A stretch of 64,000 nucleotides of DNA from Cetorhinus maximus (lineage: Eukaryota): the NCBI RefSeq assembly GCF_964194155.1, contig NC_135915.1, forward strand, positions 1,612,001 to 1,676,000. The letters run 5' to 3'. A program made the position numbers and the translations under genes. The notes beneath the pieces are model-generated. The model did no database searches. It was not told the DNA's origin and saw only the letters and a list, made by a program, of their open reading frames with translations. This document shows, in pieces, positions 22,401 through 35,509 of the stretch. Each line of letters starts with the position of its first letter. Position 1 is the stretch's first letter.

Positions 22401-25330
22401 GACAGAAAGGGACAGAGTGTAGAAACATAAAAAAACACAACATCAAATTGAGTCAAATGGGGAAGTGGTAATAAAGTGAAAATTGATGCTCATTACTTAA
22501 TTGCTGGCCGTATTCAGAACCAAATAAATAAATTAAAGGCATGAATAGAGGTTAATGGGAATGATCTTATAGCCATTACGGAGTCGTGGTTACCAAGAGA
22601 TCCAAGCTGATAACTAATTATTCAGGGACATGTGATTTTCGAAAGGACAGGCAGGATGAAAATGGTGGTGGGATAGCTATTCTCGACGAGAATGAATACG
22701 TTGGATAGCAAGAAATTATTTTGGATCTGCAGATGTAGAATTCACATGAGTAGAGGTAAGAAATAACAAGGGGGTGAAGACGGTGCTGGGAGTAGTCTAC
22801 AGGGTGCCTAACAGTAACTATACCGTAGGAAAGATAATAAGTCAGGAGATAGTTATGACATGAAACCATGGCAGTATATTAATCATGGGTGACTTGAAAC
22901 TCCATGTTGTTTGGGAAAATCACATCATAGAGTGTATCCGAGAGAGTTTCCTAGAACAATTTGCTGTGGATCCAATCAGGGATTAGTCTACTTTGGATCT
23001 GTTAATGTGGAATGATGCCGGTTAATAAATGTAAAAGGTAAAGTGTAAAAGGTCCCCTAGGAAAAAAATGACCATAACATGGCATAATTTAGCATTCAGT
23101 TTGAGAGTGAATATGGGACCGAAACAACTGTGCTAAACTTACAAACGGAAAATTACAAAGGAATGAAGGTAGAGTTGGCTGGAGTAGACTGGGAAAGGAG
23201 TTCAACAGAAAAGACGGTTGATGAACAATGGCAGACGTTTAAGAAAATTGTTCATGACTCATATCAGCAATGTATCCCTTTGAGGAACTAGGATTGTAGG
23301 ATGGACATAATCAACCATAGTTTGCCAAAGAAGTTGAGGATAGAGTCAAGTTGAAATAAAAATACATACAATGTGGCAAAGGTTTGTGGTAAGCCATAGG
23401 ATTAGGATTTTTTTTTTAAACCAAGAAAAGATGACCAAAATACATTAAAGATTGGGAAAATAAACATTGAGCGATAACTAACAGGCCCTATAAAAACGTT
23501 ACGTAGCAGCTGCTTTAAATATTTAAAAAAATGAAGAGAGAGCCTTAAGTGAACTAATGCCTCTTAGAGAATGAGTCTGTAAAAATGAGAATGGGGAACC
23601 AGGAAATGGCAGAGGAGTGGAATTAATGCTTTGCATCAGTCTTCATGGTACACAACACTAATCCCATTCCTAAAATACTAAATAATCAGGGGGAAAACGG
23701 GGGAAGGGAATAAAGAAATAACAATCACTAGAGAAAAATTGATCAAGAAACTAATGGAGCGAAAAGCCGATAAATCCCTGATGGGTTGCATCCTAGGATA
23801 TTAAAGGAAGTATCTGCAGAAATAATGGATGCTCTGACAGTCATCTTCCAAGAATCGTTTGGTTATGGAAAAGACTCTGAAGATTGGAAATCTGCCAAAG
23901 TTACAAACATATTCAAAAAGGGAGGGAGAAAAAAGCTCATGCAACTATAGGTCAAATAGCTTAACATGAGCAATTGGGGAAAGTTTAAAGTCTATTACAA
24001 GGACTGTGAGAGCAGAGCATTTAAAATACATAATATAATCCAGCAGAGGTAGCATGGCGTGCTGACGGGGAAATCGTGCCTGGTAAATTTATTAGAATTA
24101 TTTGAGGAAGTAAAAAGCAGAATGGGTGAAGGGGGACCAGGATATGCAATATTCTTGTATTTCCAAAAAGGCGTTCAATAAGGTACCAGACACACTGCTG
24201 CTTAATAAGATAAGAGTTCATGATCTTGGGGGTAGTACACTAGCATCGATAGAGGATTTGATAACTAATAGAAGACAGAGAGCTGAGATAAGGGGGGCAT
24301 TTTCAGAATAATATACAGTAAGTAGTGGAGAGCCAAAGGGATCAGTGCTGGGACGACAGTTATTTGCAATATATATTAATGGGTGATATGATGGAAGTGA
24401 ATGTACTATCGCCAAATTTCCAGTTATTAGAGACATTGGTGCGAAGGCAAGTGGTGAGGAAGACTCAAAGGTCCTAAAGTGGAAATAGAAATGTTAAGTG
24501 AGTTGGCAAAACTTGGCAGATGGCATATATTATCAGAAACTGTGGGTCTATGCACGTTGGCAGGAAGAATAGAGGAGCTCAATATTACTTAAATGGAGAA
24601 AGACTACAGAAAGCTGGAGCAGAGAAGGATTTGGAAGCCCGCGTGAATTAATATTAAAATGTTAATTTCAGCAGGTGATAGGGAAAGGAAATAAAATGAT
24701 GGCTTTAATTTCAAAGGGAATGCATTATAAAAATGGGGAAGTCATGCTAGAACTGTACAAGGCACTCAATTAGAATAATGACAACAATTTTGGTCTCCTT
24801 ATTTGGCGAAAGATATGCTGGAAGTGGAGGCAGCCCACAGAAGTTTCAATAGGTTGATGCCGGATGTGGAGGGACGATTTCCTGTGGGCAGATTGATTAG
24901 ATTGGGACTGTACTCATTGGAGCTTAATAGAATGAGAGGAGACCTTATTGAAACATATTGGATTCCTCGGGGCCTTGAGATGGTAGATGCTGAGAAGTTG
25001 GTTCCCTTTGTGGGAGGGTTTAGTCCGAGCCGGCATCATTTCAGAGAAAGGGTTCACCAATTTAATACAGAGATGAGGAGGAATTTATTCTCTCAGAGAG
25101 TCGTGTATGTGTGGAATTAGTTCCCGTAAAGGGATGTAGTTGATCGGTCGTTAAGTATATTTAAGGCTGAGCTCGACTGATTTTTGTCAGTCAGAGAATC
25201 AAAGGTTCTGGGGAAAAGGCAAAATTGTGGAGTTGATGATTATCAGATCAGCAATGATCTCACTGAATGGCGGAGGAGTCTCTATGGGCGGAATGACATT
25301 CTTCTGCTCCGATGTCTCATGGAATTATAA
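19500..25330 (+). mobile_element. Near full-length degenerate CR1 LINE (repeat-rich 5' UTR, ORF1 ~21360, ORF2 ~22480-25200), interrupted by two younger CR1 3' pieces
   Basis: ORF1: CCCSSM, LQLENIWIQVTELVSELQTLRHIRE, VVVGDSI, CLPGAR. ORF2: YDLIAITESWL, MGDLKL, KAFNKVP, GSVLG, RMRGDLIETY. CR1 tail at ~25320. Confidence 0.85.
20165..21072 (-). mobile_element. CR1 LINE 3' fragment inserted antisense into the 5' UTR of another CR1
   Basis: ORF 20622-21074 GDTKVGG...LSEWARTWQLEKNVGKCEVMH and ORF 20351-20590 LDLYTLESGRMR. Confidence 0.85.
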
Positions 25331-25599
25331 AACAATCGACAAGAATATTGGAACACTGTAAGAGTGCTGGCGGATTGCTTCAATATCAGGAACAGGTTGA
25401 CATCTATTTCTGCTGGACCAGCTCCATAGAAACTGGAGCTATATCCAGACATGTAACTTCACACACTCAATATCAAATATCTTCAACCAACAACAAATCG
25501 CTTCCTGTTGTGAAATTATTCACATGGCAAAAGAGAGAGACAGCTCCATGGAATGGAAAGATCACTAATCAAAAAAATCATGATTTCCAAATCGAACCG

Positions 25600-26575
25600 A
25601 TTTCTTTCATTCCAGTTACTGACCCGCACTCAGTTCAATTCTACACCGACAAAAGCTCCCAGTTATACATTATCACTTGAAGCAGGTATTCCACTCTGGA
25701 CACTGACCTACGCTCAATGCAGTTCTGCACTGCCAGATATAACCAATAATAAATGTTGACTGAGGTCAGCTATTCCACTCTGGTAACTTAACAACACTTA
25801 GTACATTTTGAAACCATCAGATACAGTCAGTGAAAGAGTGGTGACTGGGGCCAGGTATTCCACTCTGATTAATGACCCAGACACAGTACAATTCTACACT
25901 GAGAAATAGACCCAATAATAAATGTTGACTGGGGTCAGCTGTTGCACTCTGGTTACTAAAGAACACTTAGTACAATTTGACACCATCAGATAAAATCAGT
26001 GAAAGAGTGGTGACTGGGGCCAGGTATTCCACTCTGATTAATGACCCAGACACAGTACAATTCTACACTGACAGATAGACCCAATAATACATGATCACTG
26101 AGGCCAGGTATTCCACTTTGGTTACTCATCCACACTTAGTAAAATTTGAAATTAACAGTTAGACCCAGAAATATATGGTCACGGGAGCCAAGTATTCCTC
26201 TCTGGATACTAATGCACACTCGGGACAATTTGACACTAACAAATAATGTCAGTGAAAGAGTGGTGACTGGAGTCATATATTCCACTCTGGTTATTAACCC
26301 AAACTTAGGACAGTTTGACACTAACAGATGCAGTCAGTGAATGAGTGTTGACTGGGGCCAGATATTCCACTCTGATTAATGACCCAAACTCAGTGCAATT
26401 CTACATTGACAGAAAGACCCTGTAATACATGGTCACTGGTGCCATGTATTCCAATTTGGTTACTGATGCACACTCAGTACAATTCTACACTGGCAGATAG
26501 ACCCAATAATACATGGTCACTGGGGCCAGGTATTCCACTCTGTTTACTGACCCACACTCTTGGAGATTTTCCTCT
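25600..26575. repeat. 84/85-bp intronic tandem repeat, ~11-12 copies, two unit subtypes
   Basis: TATTCC-type anchor at 25687, 25771, 25856, 25940, 26025, 26109, 26193, 26278, 26363, 26447 and 26531. Confidence 0.9.
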
Positions 26576-26883
26576 GACTACCACTAAACCTTCCTTCAGA
26601 GACTTTCCCTTCACTGAGGTCTAATTTAACGTTTCCAAAGAATATTAAGACTTAATTAATCAGAGAGCCTGTGAGTTACAAACAAAGGCTTATTTTGATT
26701 TGACAAAATTAAATAAAGCCGCAGAGACATTTCCAGACATTTGTATTCAGCAAATTATATCGCTGATTTGGAGTATCTTAACAGTGACCACCAGATCAGC
26801 ATGTAATATTTTCAGTCACAGTTTAAAATGAGAGAGAAGCTCACATAAAGATTTACACAAGTTCAATGGTTATTTTCACTCAC

Positions 26884-26947
26884 CAGGAACACCTATTACG
26901 GCATGGATTGTTTAGAATATTTTCTCAGCCACAAAAATTGGTTCCAT
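26884..26947 (-). pseudogene. Exon 1 of GPCR gene 1 (N-terminus and most of TM1) with an in-frame stop
   Basis: ATG GAA CCA ATT TTT GTG GCT GAG AAA ATA TTC TAA ACA ATC CAT GCC GTA ATA GGT GTT CCT G|GTGAGT. The phase matches the exon-2 acceptor. Confidence 0.8.
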
Positions 26948-27035
26948 CGATTCAGTGCGAAGTGATGTGCCCCGTTGTGCTGCTGGTAATCTATGTGTCT
27001 TAAACGCTGAGGTGACACATTCCCAAAGCCTTTAA

Positions 27036-27041
27036 TTTATA
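27036..27041 (-). promoter_or_regulatory. Candidate TATA box of GPCR gene 1
   Basis: TATAAA on the minus strand ~90 bp upstream of the exon-1 ATG. Confidence 0.45.
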
Positions 27042-29687
27042 TCCTGTGGGATCACCTCAGGGACGTTGAAATTGCAACATCGTTCAAATCATGTTTTAAA
27101 AATTGAACAAAGAGATTATGACATTGAGCTGAGTGAAACAATATATTTGTATGTAAATGGAGCTGCGAGGTTCCAAAGACTGGACTTTACTTATCAAATT
27201 AATTAACTATTAAACAAACAGGAGCTGTATTCACCCGGATAATATGCTGTCTACTCAAACACCATCAGTCCCATTTCTAGATTCCCTATTGTTTCAGTGA
27301 TATCCGTCACTTGACTGTTACCATTTATGGTTTAAATAAAAAAATGTTAGAGCTCCTCTTTTCACACTGTTCTATTACACCCTGGGATTTAGCTGTCCTG
27401 TTTTAGAATTGACATTCAGTTGTGCGATTACAGCGGGTTTAGGGTGTCAATTTACGACTAAATTCAAACAATTAAGTTATCAGGAAATATTTAAAATCTC
27501 CCAAAAATTCAGTCCACACCTCAATCAAATGCGTATCTATCTCACGATCTCTCTCTCTCTTCCCATCTATTTGTGTCTCTTTTTCTCTGCACGTTTCTCT
27601 CTCTCACTCCTTCTGTGTTTCTCTCTTTTCCCCTTTGTCACTCTTGCACTCTTTATCTCTCTCTCTCTCTGCTTTTTTTTCGCTCACTGTCTCCCCCATT
27701 CTCTTGTTCTTCCACTCTGTTTATCTCTCTCTGGCTCTCGCTCTCCCTTTGTCTGCTTCTCTCCCTCTCACTTCCCCACTCTCGCTTTCTCTCCCATTCA
27801 CTCTCTCTCTCTCCCTTTCTCTCTCAATCCATCTGTTTCCCTCTCTCACTATCTCTGCCTCTTTCCTTCTCTCTCTGACTCTCTTTGCTTCTCTCTCCAT
27901 ATTTCTCGGTCTTACTCTCTGATTTTTTTCATCTTTCTCTTCCCTCTCGCTCTCTTTGTGTGAATGTGTGTGTGTCCGTTCGTGTGCATATGTATGTGTG
28001 TGTGTTGGTGGGTGTCTCTCTCTCTCTCGCGTTTCTCATGCTCTTTCAATCTGTGTATGTGTATCTATGTCTGTATTTCTGCCTCTCTCGATCTCCTTCT
28101 CTGAAACTCTCCTATCTGCCTATCTGTCAGTCTGTCTATATATCTATCTTTCTTTCTTTCTATGTATGTATCTATCTATGTATCTATTTATCTATCTATC
28201 TCCGTGTTTTTGTCGCTCTCTGACACTCTATCACACTCTGCCTCCCTCCACCTCTCTCTCGCATATTTTCTCGGTTTTTCTAACTCTTTCTCTCTATGCT
28301 TCTCTCGCTCTGGCTCTATCTCTCACACTTCCCTTCTCGTTGTATCGCTCCTGCTGGCTCTTCCTCTTCCTCTTTCTTCTATCTGTCTCTCTATCCCCAT
28401 CTTTCTCTCCATCTCTCCCTCTGCGTGCCAATCTCTCTTCGCCTCCCTCCCTCGGCCTCCTTCTCAGTCTCTCTCCCTTTGTCTCTCTGTTCTCTTTGTT
28501 ACTTTCACTTTCTGTTTCTCTCTCTTTCTCGCTTGCTAAACTTCCCTTTGTCTGTTTCATTGCCTGTCTCTATCTCTCTGCCTCTCCTTCTCTGCCTCTG
28601 CTTATCTGTCCCTCTCTATTTCCCTTTCTTTCTCTCTCTCACTTTCTCTCTCACTTTCGCTCCCTCTCTCCCTCTCTCTATCTCTCTGTCTCTCTCTAAC
28701 ACTGTGTGGCTCACTCTGCCACTCTTTTTGCTTCTCTCTGTCTTTTCTCTCCCCTTCTCCTTTTCAGTGCCTATCTGTCTCTCTCCTTCGCTCTCTCCCT
28801 GTGTCACTCTCGCTGTTTATCTAATTCTCACTCTCTCTCTTCCTGCCTATGACCCCCACCCTTTCTCTTTCTCTCTCGACCTATGCAAGACACCTCTCAT
28901 TCTCTTCTCTCTCTGTGAATATCTCTCACTATGTCCCTCTGTCTCATTCTCTCTCTCTCTGTCTCACTCTCACACTTTATTTCTAACTCCGTTTCTCTTT
29001 TTGCCTCTCTCTCTCTCTTTTCTCTCCTCCTCTCTCTCTTTCAATGTTTCTCCTCTCTCTCGCTCTCTCTCTCTCTATCCCTCACTCTCTCCCCCTTCCC
29101 TCTCTCTTTCTCTCTGGCTGTGTCTCTAAATCTCACTCCCCCCGTCTCCCTCTGTCCCCCTTACACGGTTCATTCCCGCCTGTCTCTCAATTCGCTTTCT
29201 CTCACTATCTCTATTCCCCGCTTTCTCTATCTCTCTCTCTCTCCCTCTCTCTTTCTCTCTCGCCCTATGACACACAATCTGCTTCCCTCCTTTTCCCTCT
29301 TTCAATGACTCATTCATTCTGTCTCTCTGTCTGCCTCTCTCTCTCTCTGTCTCTGCCACACCCTCTCTTTCGCTCCAAGCAATTCTCTTTTTTTCTCCCC
29401 TTTCATCGCCCTCTCTCTCTCAATCCTCTCCCTCTCTATTTCTGTGTGGTTACCTACGATTATATGTGTACGGGCTTTTCTATCTGTATCCTCTCCAGCT
29501 CACAATTGAAAATTATATATTTTTCCCTTTCTATCCATTTCTTTCTCCCTCTCTTTCACCCTCTCTCGCTCTGAGTGTGTGTATGTGTGTCCTTGGATAT
29601 CAATCTCTCTTCCACACGTTTCTCTGTCTCTTTCAACCTGTGCATGTATCTCTGTCTGTCTTTCTGCCTCTCTTGCTATCCTTGCCA

Positions 29688-29913
29688 NNNNNNNNNNNNN
29701 NNNNNNNNNNNNNNNNNNNNNNNNNNNNNNNNNNNNNNNNNNNNNNNNNNNNNNNNNNNNNNNNNNNNNNNNNNNNNNNNNNNNNNNNNNNNNNNNNNNN
29801 NNNNNNNNNNNNNNNNNNNNNNNNNNNNNNNNNNNNNNNNNNNNNNNNNNNNNNNNNNNNNNNNNNNNNNNNNNNNNNNNNNNNNNNNNNNNNNNNNNNN
29901 NNNNNNNNNNNNN
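29688..29913. other. Assembly gap (N run)
   Basis: Ns in the sequence. Confidence 1.
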
Positions 29914-32509
29914 ATTTGTTTGTCTGTCTATCTACTTATCTACCCATCTCTGTCCATTTGTATCTCTGCCTTCTCCCTCTCTCACTCTCTCCCTCTCTCT
30001 TTCTACCACTCTATCATTCTCTGTCTCTCTCCCCCTCTAGCACACTCTCTCAGTTTGCCTGACTCTCCCCCCTCTCTCTCTCTGTTCCCCTCTCAGTTTC
30101 ACTGTGTTTCTCTCTCACTCTTTCCCTCTACATTCTATGGCTCTTGCTGTCTCTTCCTGTTCCTCTTTTCTCTCTCTATGTATCTCTCTCTCCTGCTCTT
30201 CCTCTCTGTGCTTATATCTTTCTGTCTCTATCTGCCTCACTCACTCGTGCTCCTTCTGAGTCTATCTCAATCTTTGCCTCTCTCTTCCCATTCCCTCTTC
30301 CACTTTTGCATCCTTGCTCTTTCTCTATTGCTACACTTTCCTTTGTCTAATTCAATGTCTCTCTCTATCTGTCTACCTCTTCTTCTCTGCCTCTGCCTGT
30401 TTGTCTCTCGCTCTCTCATTCCCTTTCTTTCTCTCTCTCATCTCTCACTTTCTTTCTCACTTTCTCTCTCAATCTCTCTCTCTCTCTCTCACTCCAACTT
30501 TCTCTCTGCAGCTAGCGCTCATGTTGCCTCTCTGTCTCATTCTTCCTCAGGTTCTCTGTCTGACCGCTATATCTGCCTCTCTCTCTATCTCTCTCTCTCT
30601 CTATCTATCTCTCTCTCCCTCTCTCTCTCTCCATCTCTCGGCCTCTCTTGCTGTGTCTCCAACTTTCAATCTATCATACTCCCTCTGTCCCCCTCTCTCA
30701 GTGCGCTTCTTCCTCTCTCTTTATTCTCTCTCTCTCACTCACTTTCTCTCTTTTTCACTTTCTCGCCCTATATCATGCACTCTGCTTCTCTCCTTCTCCA
30801 TCTTTCACTCTCTCATTCTCTCTGCTTCTCTCTCTCTCTCTGCCTTACCCTTTCTCTCCGAGCAACTCCCTGTTTTGCACCCTTTCGATTGCCCTTTCTC
30901 TCTCTGCCCTCTCCCACTTTTTTGGTGTGTGTGCCGACATGTTTATTTGTACGTGCCTCTCTCATTCTGTTCTCTACCTCTCACAATATACTTTCCTTTA
31001 TCTCTTTCTCCCCATCTCTCCACCTATTCTGTGTGTGCGTATATGTGTGTGTCTGTGTGTGCATGTGTCTGTATGTGTGTGTGGTGTGTTTGTGTGTGTG
31101 TGTGTGTGTGTGTCGGTGGGTCTCTATCACTCTCCCTCACGTTTTTCTGTCTCTCAATCTGTGTGTATCTCTGTGTGTTATTCGGCTTCTCTTGCTTCCC
31201 TTATCGGTCCCTCTCCCTCCTTCTGCCTTTATGTCTGCCTGTCTGTCTGTATATCTATCTATCAATCTGTCTATCTAACTTGCTTTCTGTCTATCTGTCT
31301 ATCTATCCATCCATCCATCTGTCTATCTATCTATCTGTCTATCGATCTATCTGTCATTCTCTATCCATTTTGCTATCTAGCTATCTGTCTGTCTGCCTGC
31401 CTATCTGTCTTTCTATGTCTTTTTGTATTTCTGTCTCACCCTCTCTCCCTCTCTATTTCTCTCCACCTCTCACACACTCTCTGTTTTTGTCTGCCTGTCT
31501 CTCTCTCTCTCTCTCTCTCGCTCTCCCTCTTTGTTACGCTCTCTGTGTCTCTATCTTTCACTCTTCCCTTGTCACTCTCTGGCGCTCGCTGTCGCTTTCT
31601 CTTCCACTTTACTCTCTTACCTTCTCTACCTCCCTCTCTTTCTCTCTATCTCTCCCTCTGCATGCGTTTTTCTGCATCACTCTCCTGCCCTCCTCAGTCT
31701 CTCTCTCTGTGTCTTTCTTTTCTCCTTCCCTCCTTCATTCTCACTTTCTCTCTCTTTCTCGCTTGCTAAACTCCCCTCTGTCTATTTCATGGTCTCACGG
31801 TCTCTTTCTCTCCCTCTCTATCTGCCACTTCTTCTCTGCCTCTGCCTGTCTGCGTGCCGCTCCCTCTCTGCTTCCCTTTATTTCTCTCTCACTTCCTCTG
31901 TCAAATGGTACATCGCTCTGTCTCTATCTCTCTCTCTGCGTCTATCTCTCCCTCTGTCTCTTTTTCTCATTTTCGCTCTGTCTCTCTCTGTCTGCCTCGC
32001 TCTCTTGCTTTATCTCGAACTGAACTTCGCTCTTTGCAATCCCCCTCCCTCTTTTTAAATCTCTCTCTCTCTTTCTCTCTCTCTCTTTCTCACTCTTTCT
32101 CTCTCTCTGTGTCCCCCTCACTGTGTCTCTACATCGCACTCCCTCCTTCTCCCTCACTCTGGCGTTTCCCCCTCTCTATCTATTCTCTTTCTCACACTCT
32201 CTCTCTCTCTCCCTCTCTCCAGCTCTTTCTCTCTCGGCCTATGTCACACACTCTGTCTCTCTCCTTCTGCCTCTCTCCTTCTGCCTCTTTTAATCTCTCA
32301 TTCTCTCTGCCTGTCTGTCTCTCTCGCTCTATCTATCTGCCTCACCCTTTATTTCTCTCCCAGCAATTCTCTCCTTTTCTCCATTTTGATCGCACTATCT
32401 CTCTCTCTCTCTCTTTCTGTGTCGGTGTCTACGTTTGTGTGTGTACATGTTTCTCTCTCTGCGCCCCTGCCTCTCACCATCTAAAATTTCCTTTGTCTAT
32501 ATTTCTACA

Positions 32510-32544
<35 letters not shown>

Positions 32545-32665
32545 GTGAGTGTGTGTTTGTGTGTCTGTGGGTCTCTCTCTCTCTCTCTCAAGTTCCTCTC
32601 TTTCTTTCAATCCGTGTTTTTGTATCTCTGTCTGCCTTTCCGCGTCTCTTGCTCTCCTTCTCCGT

Positions 32666-32816
32666 NNNNNNNNNNNNNNNNNNNNNNNNNNNNNNNNNNN
32701 NNNNNNNNNNNNNNNNNNNNNNNNNNNNNNNNNNNNNNNNNNNNNNNNNNNNNNNNNNNNNNNNNNNNNNNNNNNNNNNNNNNNNNNNNNNNNNNNNNNN
32801 NNNNNNNNNNNNNNNN
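32666..32816. other. Assembly gap (N run)
   Basis: Ns in the sequence. Confidence 1.
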
Positions 32817-34968
32817 TTTCTATCTATCCATCTACCTATGTATCCATCTATCTATCTATCCATCTGTCTATCTATCCATCTGTCTGTCTCTCCGCCTATC
32901 TACCGACTTATGTAACGATCTCTGTGTTTTTCTACCTCTGCCATCTCCCTCTCTCCCTCTTTCTCTGTGGCACTCCGTCTCTCTGTGTCTCTCCCTTATT
33001 CTCGCACACTCTCTCTGTTTGTAAGTCTGCCTGGCTCTCTCTCTATCTCTCTATGCCTCTCTCTGTGTCTCTAGCTCTCATTCGTTCTTTCTCGCTCTAT
33101 TGCTCTAACTATCTCTTTCTCTTCCTCGTTTCTATCTCTATGCCTCCCTCTCCCTTTCTTTCTCTCTACATCTCCCTCTGCGTATCTAAGCCCTGTCTCT
33201 TTCTGCATTACTCTCTCACCCTCCTTCTCAGTATATCTCTCTCTTTGTCCCTCTATTCTGTTTTCCTCTTTCACTCTCGTTTTCTTTCTCTTTTGGTTTG
33301 ATAAACTTCCATTTGTCTATTTCAGTCTATCTCTCTCTCTTTTTGTGCGTGTTCTTCTCTGCCTATCCCTGTCGAATTTTATTTCGTTCTCTCCTTCCCT
33401 TTCTTTCTCTCTCTCACTATTTCTCACTATTCTCTATCTCTCTCACTCTCCAAATCTCTCTCTGCGCCTATCTCTCACATTGTCTCTCTGTCTCATTCTC
33501 TCCCAGCCTCTGTCTCGCACTGTGTGCCTAACTTTGTCTCTGTCTCTTTGCCTTTCTCTCTTTTTTCTCTCTCTCTGTCCCTTCTTCTTTGCAACTCCCT
33601 GTGTGTTGTCTCTCAATATCTCCTTCCCTTTCTTTCCCTCTCTCACTCTCTCCCTCATTTTCTCTCAACCTCTTCACTCTCCAACTCTCTCTCTCTGCGT
33701 CGACCTCTCACTTTTCCTCTGTATCTTTCTCTCTCGGCCTCTGTTTCACACTGTGTGCCTAACTCTGTCTCTATCTTTGCCCCTCTCTCTTTTTTATCTT
33801 TCTCTCTTTCTTTCTCCCTCTCTCTCTCTCTCTCCCGATGTCATACACTCAGTTTCCCTTCTTCTCCCTCTTTCACTTTCCCATTCTCTCTGCCTGTCCC
33901 TCTGTCACTCTCTCTCTCTTTCCCTCTCTTTCTCTCTCTGCCTCACCCTCTCTTTCCTTCCCAGCAATTCACTCTTTTTCTCCCTTTCGACCGTTCTCTC
34001 ACTTCATTCCTCTCTCGTTCTTTGTGTGGTTATCCCTTTGTTTACGTGTTTCTCTCTCCCTGACTCTGCCTCTCACAATCTAAAATTCCCTTTGTATCTT
34101 TCTCTCTGTTTATCTCTGTCCCTCTCTGTTTCTCTTCCTCTCTCTCTCTCCTTTTATGTCTCAATCTGTCTCTCTGTTATTCTGCCTCATTCTCTCTCTC
34201 TCTCTCTTTCCCCGTCTCTCTCTCGCTCTTTGTGTCAAACTCTCTCTCCTCCTGTCTCTCTCTCTTTTCTCCCCCTTCTCTTTATCAATATCTCTTACTC
34301 TCTCTATTTATTTCTCTTTGTCACACCCACATTCTCTACCTTCTTCTCCCTCTTTCGCTATTTCATTCTCTCTGCCTGCCTTTCTTTTTCTCTCTGCCTT
34401 TCTCTATCTCTTGCTCCCTCTCTGCGTGTCCCTCTCGCTGTGTCTCTTAGTCTAAGTTACTCTTTATCACTCTGCATCCCTCTCTCAGTCCCTTTCCACC
34501 TCCTTATTCTCTGCCTCGCTCCACAACCCTGTATCTCTCCTTCTCCCTCTTTCTCGCAATCTCCTTCTCTCTGCTTATTTTCCCTCTGCCTATTCCTCTG
34601 TCTGCATTTCTGCCCATCTCTCCCTCACTCTCTACATTTATCTATCATTCTATATCTGTCTCTCTCTTTCTCCCCTCTCCCTCTGTGCCAATGCCTCTGC
34701 CCACCCTCTAACTCTCTGTCCCTTTCTGTCGTTGCCCATCACACCATCCCCCCACCCTCTCCCTCATTTTCTCTCATTCTCTCTTTGTGTGATCGTTTCT
34801 CCCTCAATCTGTCTCTCTCTGCCTCTCTTGGTTTCTCTCTCCCTCCCATTCTCAATCTTTCTGTATGTTTGTGTGTGTGTATGTGTTTCTCCCTCCCTCT
34901 CTCTCTGTCTTTCTGCCTCTCTGTCTCCACATCTCACTTTCGCTCTTTCTCTCTGGCTCTCTTTCTAC

Positions 34969-35004
<36 letters not shown>

Positions 35005-35509
35005 CCAGATTTCTCTGCTTCTGCACCACTATCGGTTTCTCTGTTTCTCTCCCTGTCTCTCCCCGTCTCACTGTCGCCTTCCTCTGCCTCTCACTCTCTG
35101 TCTCCCTCTTTCAGTCTTTCTGTTTGTGTCTCTCTTTCTCCCCGCCTCATTCACAATCTACCTCTATGTCTGCCTCTCCCTTTCTTTGTCTCATTCTCTC
35201 CCCTCTCTTTCTCTGCTTGTGTATGTGTGTTTGTGTGTGTGTGTGTGTGTGTGTCGACGTCTCGCACTTTCTCTACGTATCTCCCTCTCTCTCACTCTTT
35301 TTGCAATCTCTCTATTCCTCTCCTTTCTCTCCACCTCCCTCTCTGTTTCACGCTTTACTCGCCTTCTGTCTCTCCCTGTCTCTCCCCCTCTCTGCCATGC
35401 TATCACTATCTCTGGCTCTCTCTAACCCTCCCACTGTATTTTTTTCTCTCTCTATTATTGACTTTCTCCCGCCATCTCTTTTGCTATCTGCCCTTCTCTT
35501 TCTCTCTAT

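Larger units (their letters stand above)
15254..26947 (-). pseudogene. GPR139/GPR142-like receptor gene 1 (two exons, ~10.7-kb phase-1 intron); probable recent pseudogene or null allele
   Basis: Spliced product reads MEPIFVAEKIF*TIHAVIGVP-V-NLLRIVILSRGKCGLS, with TAA at 26914-26912. Confidence 0.75.
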
